Assembly: GCA_046327915.1 (NCBI GenBank)
Contig: JAXLXO010000004.1
Coordinates: 311,064-375,063 of the forward strand
Reading direction: 5' to 3'
DNA length: 64,000 nucleotides
DNA from: Candidatus Binatia bacterium
GTDB lineage: Bacteria > Desulfobacterota > Binatia > UBA12015
A program made the translations under genes and the position numbers. The notes below the pieces were generated by a model. The model was not told where the DNA came from. It did no database searches and saw only the letters and a program-made list of their open reading frames with translations. This document shows positions 1-9,500 of the stretch, piece by piece (positions within the stretch are counted from its first letter, which is position 1; each line of letters opens with the position of its first letter).

Positions 1-123
1 GCCGTCGGCAACCGACTTCCGCGCGATCGTGGTCGCCGATCGCGCGCACGCCGCGCCTGCTGCAGCCTCTGCGCAGACGGAAGCCCTGGCGCGATCCTGG
101 CGCGCGTGCAGGAATGCCGGGAG

Positions 124-840
124 ATGTCCGCGCTTCGCCTCGTCTGCTTCGACCTCGACGACACGCTCTGGCACGTCGAGCCGGTGCTGCTCCGTGCCGA
201 GCACGAGACGTGGGCCTGGCTCGTCGAGCGGCACCCGGACCTCTCGATCTGCTTCGACGCCGCATGGGTGCGCGAGAAGCGCACCGCGCTGCTGCGCCAG
301 CGCCCCGACTACCTGCACGACCTGACCTCGCTGCGCCGGGACGCGATGCGCGACATGCTGCTCGCCGCCGGACGCGACGACGCGACCGCGACGCGCGCCG
401 CGGCCGAGGCGATGGACGTCTTCCTGCACCTGCGCAACCAGGTCGAGTTCTTCCCCGGCGTCCTCGACGCCCTCGAGCGCGTCCGCCGGCGCTGCAAGCT
501 GGCGGCGCTCTCGAACGGCAACGCGAACCTGCAGCGCACGGGGGCGGGACACCTGTTCGACGTCGTGCTCTCGGCCGAGACGGTCGGGCGCGCGAAGCCG
601 CACCCGGCGATGTTCGAGCGCGCGCTCGACGACGCCGGCGTCACCGCGGACGAGGCCGTGCACGTCGGCGACCACCCCGAGCACGACGTGCTCGCCGCGC
701 GCGGCGCGGGGCTGCACGCGGTGTGGGCGAATCCGCTCGCACGGCCGCGCCCCGACGCGCTGCCGGACGACGTGCCCGCGCTCGAGCGCTTCGACGACCT
801 CGACGACGTCCTCGAGCGGCTCGCCGACCGCAGGTGCTAA
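124..840 (+). CDS. HAD-superfamily hydrolase
   Basis: N-terminal motif I 'CFDLDDTLW'. Downstream 'SNGN' and 'GDHPEHD' HAD motifs. An alternative start at 106 (MQECRE...) is possible. Confidence 0.75.
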   Translation: MSALRLVCFDLDDTLWHVEPVLLRAEHETWAWLVERHPDLSICFDAAWVREKRTALLRQRPDYLHDLTSLRRDAMRDMLLAAGRDDATATRAAAEAMDVFLHLRNQVEFFPGVLDALERVRRRCKLAALSNGNANLQRTGAGHLFDVVLSAETVGRAKPHPAMFERALDDAGVTADEAVHVGDHPEHDVLAARGAGLHAVWANPLARPRPDALPDDVPALERFDDLDDVLERLADRRC

Positions 841-867
841 GGGGCTCGTCGTCGAGGAGGAGCGATC

Positions 868-1332
868 ATGGCGGAGAGGGAATACGTGCTGCGACCGATC
901 GGCGAGGTGAAGTCGCCGGTCAAGGATCCCGTGGACGAGGGCTGGGGCACGATCGAGTCGCTCATCCTCGTCGAGGAGGAGCTGCGCGAGGGCCTGCGCG
1001 GCCTCGCGGACTTCTCGCACGTGCTCGTGGTATCGCTGCTGCACGGCGCGCGCTTCGAGCCCGAGCGCCATCTCGTCCGCCGTCCGCGCGGCCTCGCCGA
1101 CATGCCCGAGATCGGCATCTTCGCGCAGCGCGCGAAGGACCGGCCGAATCCGATCGGCGTGACGGTCTGTCCGATCGTGCAGGTGAACGCCGACGGCGTC
1201 GTCGTCACCGGGCTCGACGCGATCGACGGCACGCCGATCCTCGACCTGAAGCCGTACTTCCCGGTGTTCGACACGGCGCCGAACGCGCGCGTGCCGGAGT
1301 GGGTGGACCGGCTGATGGCCGGCTACTTCTGA
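868..1332 (+). CDS. TsaA/TrmO-family tRNA (m6t6A37) methyltransferase (YaeB-like)
   Basis: 154 aa with the characteristic 'RPNPIG' and 'DGTPILDLKPY' motifs. A strong GGAGGAGG RBS sits 6 nt upstream. Confidence 0.75.
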   Translation: MAEREYVLRPIGEVKSPVKDPVDEGWGTIESLILVEEELREGLRGLADFSHVLVVSLLHGARFEPERHLVRRPRGLADMPEIGIFAQRAKDRPNPIGVTVCPIVQVNADGVVVTGLDAIDGTPILDLKPYFPVFDTAPNARVPEWVDRLMAGYF

Positions 1333-1341
1333 GCGCAGGCG

Positions 1342-2109
1342 TCAAGCGACGCGGCGCACCTTCCAGACCTCCTCGCCGGGCCAGCGCCGCGCCCACTCCA
1401 GCGTGACGAACGGATAGCGCGTCGCCGCGTCCGCCGGCGGGCGCAGCTCGACGAGGTCCTCCACCACGAAGCCGTTCGCGTGCAGGAGGCGGATCCAGTC
1501 GCCGTGGCCGAGGTGGAACTCGACGCCGGGATCGCCGGGCCACTCCACGCGGTGCATGCCGAACGCCGGACGCAGCAGACGGTCGCTCGCCGCGACGCCG
1601 TCCTGCTCCTCCATGCACAGCATGAGCAGCGCCGAGTGCACGAGGAAGTGCAGCCGCCCGCCCGGGCGCAGCACGCGCGCCACTTCGGGAACCCACAGGT
1701 ACGGGTCGGCCCACAGGCACGCGCCGTACTCCGAGATCGCGAAGTCGACGCTCGCGTCGCGGCACGGAAGATTCTCGGCGTTGCCGTGCACCAGCGGGAA
1801 CGAGACCGCGTGCTCGCGCTGCAGACGGCGCGCGGTCGCGAGCTGGCGCGCCGAGTTGTCGATGCCGGTGACGCGTGCCCCGCGCCGTGCGAGCCACGAC
1901 GCCACGTAGCCGGTGCCGCAGCCGAGCTCGATCGCGTCGCGTCCGGCGAGGTCCGGCGGCAGCATGCCGACGTCGTTCTCCGGAACACCCCAGATGCCCC
2001 AGTCGGGCGCGTTCGACGCCCACGCCCGCTCGCCGGCCGTGACGTAGCGCGTGGCCCACTCGTCCCACATCGCGCGGTTGCGCCGCACGTGGCCGGTGTC
2101 GTCGCTCAT
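1342..2109 (-). CDS. class I SAM-dependent methyltransferase
   Basis: Glycine-rich SAM motif 'ELGCGTGY'. Start chosen at the internal M (MSDDTG); the table ORF extends to 2181. There is a 4-nt overlap with the upstream gene. Confidence 0.7.
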   Translation of the reverse strand: MSDDTGHVRRNRAMWDEWATRYVTAGERAWASNAPDWGIWGVPENDVGMLPPDLAGRDAIELGCGTGYVASWLARRGARVTGIDNSARQLATARRLQREHAVSFPLVHGNAENLPCRDASVDFAISEYGACLWADPYLWVPEVARVLRPGGRLHFLVHSALLMLCMEEQDGVAASDRLLRPAFGMHRVEWPGDPGVEFHLGHGDWIRLLHANGFVVEDLVELRPPADAATRYPFVTLEWARRWPGEEVWKVRRVA

Positions 2110-2954
2110 TGGGGCTCGTCTCCTTCCCGGCAGAGCGGATCCGCCGGACAGCGCAGGGCGCGCGTGGTCGCGTCCTGCCACCAGAGGATTGGTGCCGTGC
2201 GTTCATTGTCGAGCGCGTCGCCGCGCTCGGCCGCGAAGCGGTAGAGGTAGCGGCGCGCGATCGTCGGACGCTGCGGATCCGTCTGCAGCGCGCCGTCGCG
2301 GTACGTGAGCCACCGTCCGACCAGGTAGAGCCCGTCGCCGCGGTGCGGCTCGCTTCCCCAGCGCCAGCGCGCGTCGAGCAGCCGGCAGACCTTCTTCGCG
2401 CCGCGCGGCGGACCAGCCGGCATCGACAGGAACGGCACGTCGTTCGCCGGCACGCAGGCGCGCGCACGCGACGGATCGCGGGCGTCGAGCACGCACGTCG
2501 TCCACGACTGCACGGCCATGCCGTTCGACACCGCGTCGAGGACGGAGATCACGAGCTCGTCGTGCGCATCGCCGTCGAGATCGGCGAGCGCGACGCGGAA
2601 CGCCGTCACCTCGCCGAGCATCGGCTCGATCGGCCAGGGGGCTTCCGCTCCGCCGCGCACGACCGAGATCCGGAGATCGCCGTCCGTCGCGCCCTTGCAA
2701 GTACAAACTTCCCCGCCGTCCGGCAGGGCGACGCAGGCGGCCGCCGCGCAAGCCTGCTTCGACGCGGCGTGCGGCGCGTCGAGCACGCGTCCGCACGGAA
2801 GGTCCGCGCGCCACGCGTCACCGGCGGCGAACGCGGGTCCGCCGGCGAGGAGGCACCCGAGCGCGGCGGCCACGCACGCGCGGCGCCTGCTGCGTCCCTG
2901 GTCGCGTCCGGGCATCGGGCGGACGAGTAGCATCGGCGCGCGGGCGGCGGCCAT
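2106..2954 (-). CDS. hypothetical secreted Cys-rich protein
   Basis: The C-terminal 280 aa of ORF 2106..3401 has normal composition, a signal-like N-terminus (RRRACVAAALGCLLAGGPAFAAG) and many Cys. The upstream part of the ORF is low-complexity and was rejected. Start is uncertain. Confidence 0.45.
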   Translation of the reverse strand: MAAARAPMLLVRPMPGRDQGRSRRRACVAAALGCLLAGGPAFAAGDAWRADLPCGRVLDAPHAASKQACAAAACVALPDGGEVCTCKGATDGDLRISVVRGGAEAPWPIEPMLGEVTAFRVALADLDGDAHDELVISVLDAVSNGMAVQSWTTCVLDARDPSRARACVPANDVPFLSMPAGPPRGAKKVCRLLDARWRWGSEPHRGDGLYLVGRWLTYRDGALQTDPQRPTIARRYLYRFAAERGDALDNERTAPILWWQDATTRALRCPADPLCREGDEPQ

Positions 2955-3003
2955 GCGGCCGCCTCTTGCCCACGGACGCGCCACTCGCATAGAGCGGCTC
3001 TCC

Positions 3004-3690
3004 ATGACGCGACGCCCGCTCCGTTGGCTGCTGCTCGGGGGTGCGATCGTCGCGGCGCTGCTGCTCGGCGTCGCGCTCCGCGTGCGCCGCACGACGCCGG
3101 TGGAGACGGTCCCCGGCCCGGCGATGCGCGCCGACGCCGGCCTCGAAGGCGGGCCCGCGGCCGACGCGGCGCCCGGGCTTCCGCCCGCGGACGGAACCGG
3201 GCTCGACCCGGGCGCGGCGGAGAGTCCGTTCGACGAGCCGAACGCCTGGGCCTCGGTCGATCTCGACGCCGTGCGCCGCGCGATGCCGGACAACCTGTAC
3301 TGGACGATGTCGTCGCCGACGAAGGACGAGGACGTGCTGCGCGCGCGCGCCGAGGAGCGCGCGCGGTGGAACGAGGAGTACGGGAAGGTGCTGTCGAACA
3401 CGGCGACCGAGCAGGAGATCGACGCGTACTACGCGCACCGCGACCGCCTCGCGTCGGACTACATCCAGTTCGCGACGTACGTCCTCGAGAACTACGGCAC
3501 GCAGCTGCCGATCCGCGACCTCGGCCTGCTCAAGGTCGCGGTCGAGCTGAACCTCGCCGAGCTCGAGGAGATCCCGCGGCGCATCGAGGAGGCGCAACGC
3601 CGCCGGGTCGCGCACCAGCAGGCGCGCGAGGCGTGGCTGCGCGACCAGGCGGAGTTCGGCGGCAAGGACAGCGGTGCGCCGGCGAAGTGA
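3004..3690 (+). CDS. hypothetical membrane-anchored protein
   Basis: MTRRPLRWLLLGGAIVAALLLGVAL is an N-terminal TM anchor, followed by a soluble domain of normal composition. It is divergent from the 2106..2954 gene. Confidence 0.5.
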   Translation: MTRRPLRWLLLGGAIVAALLLGVALRVRRTTPVETVPGPAMRADAGLEGGPAADAAPGLPPADGTGLDPGAAESPFDEPNAWASVDLDAVRRAMPDNLYWTMSSPTKDEDVLRARAEERARWNEEYGKVLSNTATEQEIDAYYAHRDRLASDYIQFATYVLENYGTQLPIRDLGLLKVAVELNLAELEEIPRRIEEAQRRRVAHQQAREAWLRDQAEFGGKDSGAPAK

Positions 3691-3849
3691 AGGCAAACGC
3701 AGAATTTCGCCGGGCGCGCGCTTGAGACGCGTTCCGCGCCCGTGATAGCGCCGCCACACCGCTTCGCCGCAGGCGACGGTTTCCACGTTCCGGAGGGAGT
3801 CGGGAGGAGTCGAACCAGCAACGCACGCCAGAAGAACAGGGGGAAGCCA

Positions 3850-5175
3850 ATGGGAAGCCGCAGTGCGCTCGGAGCGCTTCGCGCGGGGATCGTCTCCGCG
3901 CTGCTCGTCGCAACCGCGTTCGCCGGACGGGCCTCGGCGATCGGCATCGAGGACATCGTCGACGGAGGCAACACCTACGCATGGCAGCGCGTCGAGCTGC
4001 CCAACACGTACTGCAGCGACGGCTCGCAGTACCGCTTCTGGTATTACGACTCGCCGACATCCAACAATCTGCTGATCTCGTTCGAGGGCGGTGGCGCGTG
4101 CTGGGACTACCCGAGCTGCAGCGGCCAGACCGGCATCCTCGGTGCGGCGAATCCGAACGGCATCCCGGTCGACTACATCACGCAGATGAAGGCGACCTAC
4201 GTGTCGCCGCTGGTGAACGGCGCCGATCCCGGCATCCCCGGTCGCGGCAAGACCAACATCGCGACCAACGGCTTCGACGTGGTCTACATGCCGTACTGCA
4301 CCGGTGACGTGCACGTCGGCAACCGCGTCGTCACCTACACCGACCCGACCGGCACCAATCCGCCGATCACCTTCCGCCACGTCGGCTATCAGAACACGAT
4401 CGCCGCGCTGAACTTCCTGCACGGCCGCTTCCCGAGCATCAACAAGCTGCTCGTGACCGGCTTCAGCGCGGGCGGCGTCGCGTCGAGCGCGGTGTTCTAC
4501 CAGGCGCGCCGCACGCTGGTCCCGACGCGCGCGTATCTGCTCAACGACTCGGGCCCGATCTTCCCGGCGCCGAGCTCGACCTACAACTCGCGCCCGCTGC
4601 ACCAGCTGATCACCGCGCAGTGGAACCTCGCCTCGCTGTACTCGCAGCTGCCGGCGTCCTTCAACCCGAACGACTTCGGCAGCATGAACGCGATGGTCGC
4701 GACGCAGTTCCCGAACGACCGCATGGCGTACACGGGCTACTCGAGCGACTACAACTTCTCGCGCTTCTCGTACGAGCGCTTCTATCCCGGCATCACGCAG
4801 AGCGGCATCCTGACCAAGTGGCGCCAGGACCAGACCAACCTCATCAACCAGATCAAGAACTACTCGAACTACAGCTACCACGTGCCGTGGCACCGCCCGA
4901 TCAACGACAGCCACTGCTCGACGATCATCACCTTCATCGGCAGCCACGCCTGCCCGAGCATCCGCAAGAAGTACTGGTACGAGTCGCTCGAGTGGCCGTG
5001 GACGCAGAGCTGGAAGTGCCCGAGCGGCTTCATGCCGATGGAGACCTTCCTCACCAACTGGCTGACCAACAGCCAGCAGGGCCGCATCGTCGAGAAGGAG
5101 AATTACTACAACAACGAGGATCCGGGGATGCAGATCGTCGCCCCGCTGATCAACGACGCTCTCGCCGGAGCCTGA
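3850..5175 (+). CDS. pectin-acetylesterase (PAE/Notum)-family secreted esterase
   Basis: Signal peptide MGSRSALGALRAGIVSALLVATAFAGRASA. Motifs 'FEGGGACWD', 'YCTGDVH' and nucleophile 'GFSAGG'. An AGGGGGAA RBS lies upstream. The C-terminal part is Asn/Tyr/Ser-rich. Confidence 0.7.
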   Translation: MGSRSALGALRAGIVSALLVATAFAGRASAIGIEDIVDGGNTYAWQRVELPNTYCSDGSQYRFWYYDSPTSNNLLISFEGGGACWDYPSCSGQTGILGAANPNGIPVDYITQMKATYVSPLVNGADPGIPGRGKTNIATNGFDVVYMPYCTGDVHVGNRVVTYTDPTGTNPPITFRHVGYQNTIAALNFLHGRFPSINKLLVTGFSAGGVASSAVFYQARRTLVPTRAYLLNDSGPIFPAPSSTYNSRPLHQLITAQWNLASLYSQLPASFNPNDFGSMNAMVATQFPNDRMAYTGYSSDYNFSRFSYERFYPGITQSGILTKWRQDQTNLINQIKNYSNYSYHVPWHRPINDSHCSTIITFIGSHACPSIRKKYWYESLEWPWTQSWKCPSGFMPMETFLTNWLTNSQQGRIVEKENYYNNEDPGMQIVAPLINDALAGA

Positions 5176-5258
5176 GTCCGGCACGACGAAGCGCCGTGTC
5201 CCGGCTGCCCCGCGCGGGCAGCCGGGGCCGCGCCACCCTTCGCGCCGCGGTCCGCCCC

Positions 5259-6026
5259 ATGCGCCTCTCCCGATCCGCCGCGGCGATGCTCCTGTCGCTG
5301 CTCCTCACCGTCACGGCGTGCGAGGAGAAGCAGCAGTCGCCAACCCCGCCGAATGCGGCGGAGCGCGCCGCTGCCGCGCGTGCAGCGAAGCCCGCCGCCG
5401 CCCCCGCGCAGCAGAACCGCGCGATGGGCACCGGCGAAGCGCGCGACCCGCAGCCGTTCACGCGCGAGCAGCGCCTGCTCGACGCCGTGCAGCGCAACGA
5501 CCGCCCGACCATCGAGCGCGCGCTCGAGCTCGGCGTCCCGGTCACGACGAAGGACGATCTCGGACGCGACGCGCTGCTGCTCGCGGCCAGCGACGCCGCC
5601 GACCTGGAGCTCGTCCGCTTCCTGCACGAGAAGGGCGCGCCGGTGGATCAGCCCGACGTGCAGCAGCGCGCCGCGATCAGCTTCGCGGCGGCGAACGGAC
5701 AGCTCGAGATCGTGCGCTGGCTCGCCGACAACGGCGCGCTCGCCGATCGTCCCGACTGGCTGCAGCGCACGCCGCTCTTCCACGCGTCGCTCGGCGATCA
5801 CGCCGAGGTGGTCGCCCTGCTGCTCGACCGCGGCGCGAACGCGAACGCGCGCGACCAGTTCGGCGACACGCCGCTGATCGTCGCCTGCGCGAAGGGCAAC
5901 GCCGCGACGGCGCAGCTGCTGATCGCGCGCGGCGCGGACGCGACGGCACGCGATCAGGAAGGACGCACCGCGCGCGAGCGCAGCGCACCGGGGATCGAGC
6001 CGTGCCTCGCGCTGCCGCAGGGCTGA
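5259..6026 (+). CDS. ankyrin-repeat lipoprotein
   Basis: Lipobox 'LTVTAC'. At least four ankyrin-like repeats (…TPLFHASLGDHAEVVALLLDRGANANARD…, …TPLIVACAKGNAATAQLLIARGADATARD…). Confidence 0.7.
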   Translation: MRLSRSAAAMLLSLLLTVTACEEKQQSPTPPNAAERAAAARAAKPAAAPAQQNRAMGTGEARDPQPFTREQRLLDAVQRNDRPTIERALELGVPVTTKDDLGRDALLLAASDAADLELVRFLHEKGAPVDQPDVQQRAAISFAAANGQLEIVRWLADNGALADRPDWLQRTPLFHASLGDHAEVVALLLDRGANANARDQFGDTPLIVACAKGNAATAQLLIARGADATARDQEGRTARERSAPGIEPCLALPQG

Positions 6027-6037
6027 GATCCAGCGCA

Positions 6038-7654
6038 GTGTCGCCGGCCACCGGCGAGACATCCGGCGGGACGCCCGACCCGACCGCCGCGACGAGCGTC
6101 GCGGACGCAGCACGCTGTCGCGCAGCACGCCCGCGGACGCGGGTCCTCGCGTCCGCGGCGGCAGGCGGCGCGCTCTACGCGCTCGGCTACGTCGGCTTCG
6201 GCCTGTGGCCGCTGCTGTTCGTCTTTCTCGTGCCGCTCTGGCGCGCACTGGAGGCGTCGCGCACGGCGCGCAGCCGCATCGGCGTGCCGCTCGCCGGTGC
6301 AGCCTTTGGCTTGACGGCATTCGTGCTCGGCTTCGAGTGGCTGTGGCAGCTGTTCCCGATCTTCCTCGGCCGCAACGCGACCTTCGCGGCGGTGCTGTGG
6401 CTCGGCTACGGCGCATGGTTCGCGGTCGGCTGGGTCGCATACGCGGCGCTGTTCGCCGCGCTGCGCGAGCGCGGCGCTCCGCTCGCACTCGCCGGGATCG
6501 CGCCGCTGCTGGTGGTCGAGTGGCTGCAGCCGCAGATCTTCACCGTCAACGCGGGCGCGGGCCTGATCGGCGCGCCGTTGCTCGCGCAGGGTGCCGACCT
6601 CGGCGGGCCGCTGCTGCTGAGCGCGCTCGTCGCGGCGGTGAACGTCGCCGCGAGCGCGGCATGGGGATGGTGGCGCGGCGAGCGCGCGGCACCGCGCGCG
6701 GAAGGAGCGGCCGCGCTGCTGCTCCTCGCGGCCGCCGTCGCGTACGGCACGTGGCGCACGGCCGGCGTCACCGCACGCTCGGACGCGGCACCGGCGCTCA
6801 GCGTCGGCGTCGTGCAGGCGAACCTCGGCGTGCTCGAGAAGCGCACGCAGGGGATCGTGAGCCACGAGCGCCATCTCGCGCAGAGCCGCGAGCTGCTCGC
6901 GCAGGGCCCGGTGGACCTTCTGGTCTGGCCCGAGACCGCGTACGTGCGCGGCATCCGCCGTCCGCTGCCGGTGTCGGGACGGCTCGTCGTGGACGACCTC
7001 GCCGTACCGCTGCTGTTCGGCGGGACGTCGGTCGGCGAGGAGAACGGCCGGCGCGTCAAGTCGAACTCCGCGTTCCTCGTCGGCGCGGACGGCACGATCG
7101 CCGACGCCTACGACAAGAACCTGCTCATCCCGCTCGCCGAGTACGTCCCGCTCGGCAGGCTGCTGCCGGCGCTCGGCGAGCTGCTGCCGCAGGTGCAGGA
7201 CTTCACCCCGTCGCAGGAGACCCCCGCGCTGCGCCTCGGCGCGCACCGCATCGCGACGCCGATCTGCTACGAGGCGATCCGTCCGGACTTCGTGCGCCGC
7301 ATGATGCGCGCGAGCGGCGCCGACCTGATCGTCACGCTCGCGAACGACGCGTGGTTCGGCGACTCGCAGGAGCCGTCGATCCACCTCGCGCTCGCGCGGC
7401 TGCGGGCGATCGAGCACCGGCGCTGGCTGGTGCGCGCGACCAACAGCGGCATCAGCGCGTTCGTCGATCCGACCGGTGCGGTCGTCGCGCGCACCGGCGC
7501 GCTCGAGCGCGCGAGCCTGCGCGGCACGGTGCACGCGATCGACGGCACGACGATCTACGGCGCGCTCGGCGACTGGCCCGGCTGGCTCGCGCTGCTCGCC
7601 GTCGCCGGCACGCTCCTCGTCAGGGCGCCGGCAGCGCGCACGCGAACGGATTGA
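6038..7654 (+). CDS. lnt: apolipoprotein N-acyltransferase
   Basis: N-terminal polytopic membrane part plus a CN-hydrolase domain with the E/K/C triad context (WPETAYV, YDKNLLIPLAEYVP, ATPICYEAIRPD). GTG start inferred just after the ankyrin gene stop; the start is uncertain. Confidence 0.7.
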   Translation: MSPATGETSGGTPDPTAATSVADAARCRAARPRTRVLASAAAGGALYALGYVGFGLWPLLFVFLVPLWRALEASRTARSRIGVPLAGAAFGLTAFVLGFEWLWQLFPIFLGRNATFAAVLWLGYGAWFAVGWVAYAALFAALRERGAPLALAGIAPLLVVEWLQPQIFTVNAGAGLIGAPLLAQGADLGGPLLLSALVAAVNVAASAAWGWWRGERAAPRAEGAAALLLLAAAVAYGTWRTAGVTARSDAAPALSVGVVQANLGVLEKRTQGIVSHERHLAQSRELLAQGPVDLLVWPETAYVRGIRRPLPVSGRLVVDDLAVPLLFGGTSVGEENGRRVKSNSAFLVGADGTIADAYDKNLLIPLAEYVPLGRLLPALGELLPQVQDFTPSQETPALRLGAHRIATPICYEAIRPDFVRRMMRASGADLIVTLANDAWFGDSQEPSIHLALARLRAIEHRRWLVRATNSGISAFVDPTGAVVARTGALERASLRGTVHAIDGTTIYGALGDWPGWLALLAVAGTLLVRAPAARTRTD

Positions 7655-9428
7655 CGCCCGGCCGGTCGGTGACCAGCGTGCCCTCGTCGACGCGATCGCG
7701 CGCCGTCGCGGGATTCGCCATCACTCCCGACACGTAGTCGCGCACCGTCACGCCCTGCGCGGCGAGCCCCGAGAACAGCGAGTCCGAGCGCAGCATGGTG
7801 TGGATCGAGCCGGTGTTCGCGGGCAGGAAGAAGTGGATGCCGGCCTGCCCGCGCTCGTCGCAGTAATCCGTCCGCAGCGCGTTGATCCACGCGTTCAGGT
7901 TCGGGAACAGCGTGGTGCTGCTCTGCGTCGAGTCGACCTGGTTCGAGAGGTTGAGGATGCGCTGCGCCGGCGTTCCCTCGAGACGCGCCGACGTGGCGGC
8001 CTCGATCACCGGACCGGAGCCGCAGTCGCCCGCGGTGCAGTACGGCGGCAGCGTCTGGAACATGTTCCATCCGGTCGGCGCACCGTAAAGGGCCGCGAGC
8101 GCCGCGAGTCCCGGTCCGAGCGCGAGCCCCGAGTCGGGAACCGCGGTCGTGTTCACCCAGCGCAGCTCGTCGAGGACGTCGTGGTAGTTGTACATCACGC
8201 CGTAGCCGCCGGCGCTCTCGCCGGCGAACATCACCCGCAGCCGGTCGGGGTGCCAGCCGTCCGGATCGGACGCCTCGGTCGCGGACCACAGCACGTCGCG
8301 CACGTAGCGCAGCGCCGCGCGCGTGTTGACCGCGCCGTAGCGGTGCACCGTGATCGACGGGAACGCCTGCGTGACGCCGCCGCCGATGTGCAGGTCCTGC
8401 GTGCAGTACGGCATGAACACCATCGTCCAGTCGTTGAACGGATTGACGCTCGGGTTGGTCGACAGGTAGCCGCCGCCGGGCTGGCCTTCGTCGGCCCTGA
8501 ACAGGCCGGGGCTGGTGGTGCTGCAGTCGCTCTCGAAGAGGCAGACGCCGCCGCCCTGCATGTCGGTCACGACGCGCGTCAGCGGCGAGCCGGACGGCGC
8601 GAGGCGCAGCCAGAACGCGTACGGGCTGCCGTCGCCGCAGCGCGTGCCCCACGTCGCCTCGTCGAGCGTGACCTTCACCCACTGGCCGCGCGCCGGCACG
8701 GGCGCGTCGGCGCGCGGGCCGCAGCGCAGGTCGAGCGGACCCGCGTCGCCGTGCGCGGTGGCCGTCAAGCACTTCGACTGGGCGGTCGCGCGCGCCGCGT
8801 GCTGCTGCGGCGAGACGTGCAGCAGCGCGTCGAGCGACGTGCACTTGGCCGCGATCTTCGCCGCCGCCTTCTGCTCGAGCGACGCGACCTTGTTCGCGAC
8901 CGTGACTGCGTTGCACACGCCGCCCGTGTGCGTCTTCCGGATGCAGGAGCCCTGCGTCCGGTACGCCGACACCAGCAGCTTGCCGCTCTCGGCGAAGGCC
9001 GCGTCGAGGCACGACGCGTCGGCGGGCGCGGCGCCGTCGAGCAGTGCTGCCTGCGGACCGCCGAAGGTGCGCGCCGCGATCGTCGCGGCCTCGCCGAGGC
9101 AGGCTTCGCGCGCGCGGTCGAGCAGCGCCGCGGCGGTCACGACCGTCCCGTAGCCCGCGGCCTGCGCGACCGCGTCGGTCGCGCAGCGCGCGCCGATCGT
9201 GCGCTGGAGACCGTCGAGGGCGCGCGTGACGCCGGGATCGTTCGGCGCGCATGCCGCGCCGGTGCCGGAGTAGCAGCGCCGCGTGAGCGCGTTCACGCGC
9301 GACACGCAGCTTGCGAGCGCCGACGCGACCCCGGCCTCGCAGCGCTGGCCCGGAGTGGCCGCGAGAACCGACGACGGCAGGACGACGAGTGCGGCGAGGA
9401 AACCGATGGTGCGGGTGACGGCGTGCAT
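7620..9428 (-). CDS. PAE/Notum-family esterase with N-terminal Cys-rich domain (paralog of 3850..5175)
   Basis: Signal peptide MHAVTRTIGFLAALVVLPSSVLAA. Motifs 'MQGGGVC', 'YCTQDLHIGGG' and nucleophile 'GESAGG'. Confidence 0.7.
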   Translation of the reverse strand: MHAVTRTIGFLAALVVLPSSVLAATPGQRCEAGVASALASCVSRVNALTRRCYSGTGAACAPNDPGVTRALDGLQRTIGARCATDAVAQAAGYGTVVTAAALLDRAREACLGEAATIAARTFGGPQAALLDGAAPADASCLDAAFAESGKLLVSAYRTQGSCIRKTHTGGVCNAVTVANKVASLEQKAAAKIAAKCTSLDALLHVSPQQHAARATAQSKCLTATAHGDAGPLDLRCGPRADAPVPARGQWVKVTLDEATWGTRCGDGSPYAFWLRLAPSGSPLTRVVTDMQGGGVCLFESDCSTTSPGLFRADEGQPGGGYLSTNPSVNPFNDWTMVFMPYCTQDLHIGGGVTQAFPSITVHRYGAVNTRAALRYVRDVLWSATEASDPDGWHPDRLRVMFAGESAGGYGVMYNYHDVLDELRWVNTTAVPDSGLALGPGLAALAALYGAPTGWNMFQTLPPYCTAGDCGSGPVIEAATSARLEGTPAQRILNLSNQVDSTQSSTTLFPNLNAWINALRTDYCDERGQAGIHFFLPANTGSIHTMLRSDSLFSGLAAQGVTVRDYVSGVMANPATARDRVDEGTLVTDRPGVNPFACALPAP

Positions 9429-9500
9429 CGCGCCGGGTTATGCGGGGCGCGCGGGAGTGGTCAAGCCGGGATCGTGCGAACGGTCGCCGTCACCTCGCGA

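Noticed and set aside
114-1406. 430-aa + strand ORF spanning the HAD and tsaA-like genes
   Set aside because: Extremely Arg/Ala/Pro-rich, low-complexity translation. It is an out-of-frame shadow of two well-supported genes.
4500-5175. apparent lower-GC 3' region of the first PAE-like gene suggesting horizontal acquisition
   Set aside because: Third codon positions remain strongly G/C-biased (aac, tac, ttc, aag codons). The drop in GC comes from the Asn/Tyr/Ser-rich amino-acid composition, not from foreign codon usage.
2818-5184. 788-aa minus-strand ORF
   Set aside because: Antisense to the PAE-like esterase and the 3004..3690 gene. The translation is Arg/Val/Asp-rich with no motifs. This is typical GC-rich antisense ORF.
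5954-7534. 526-aa minus-strand ORF and 6205..7737 + ORF
   Set aside because: Shadow frames of lnt. The composition is dominated by Arg/Ala/Gly runs.
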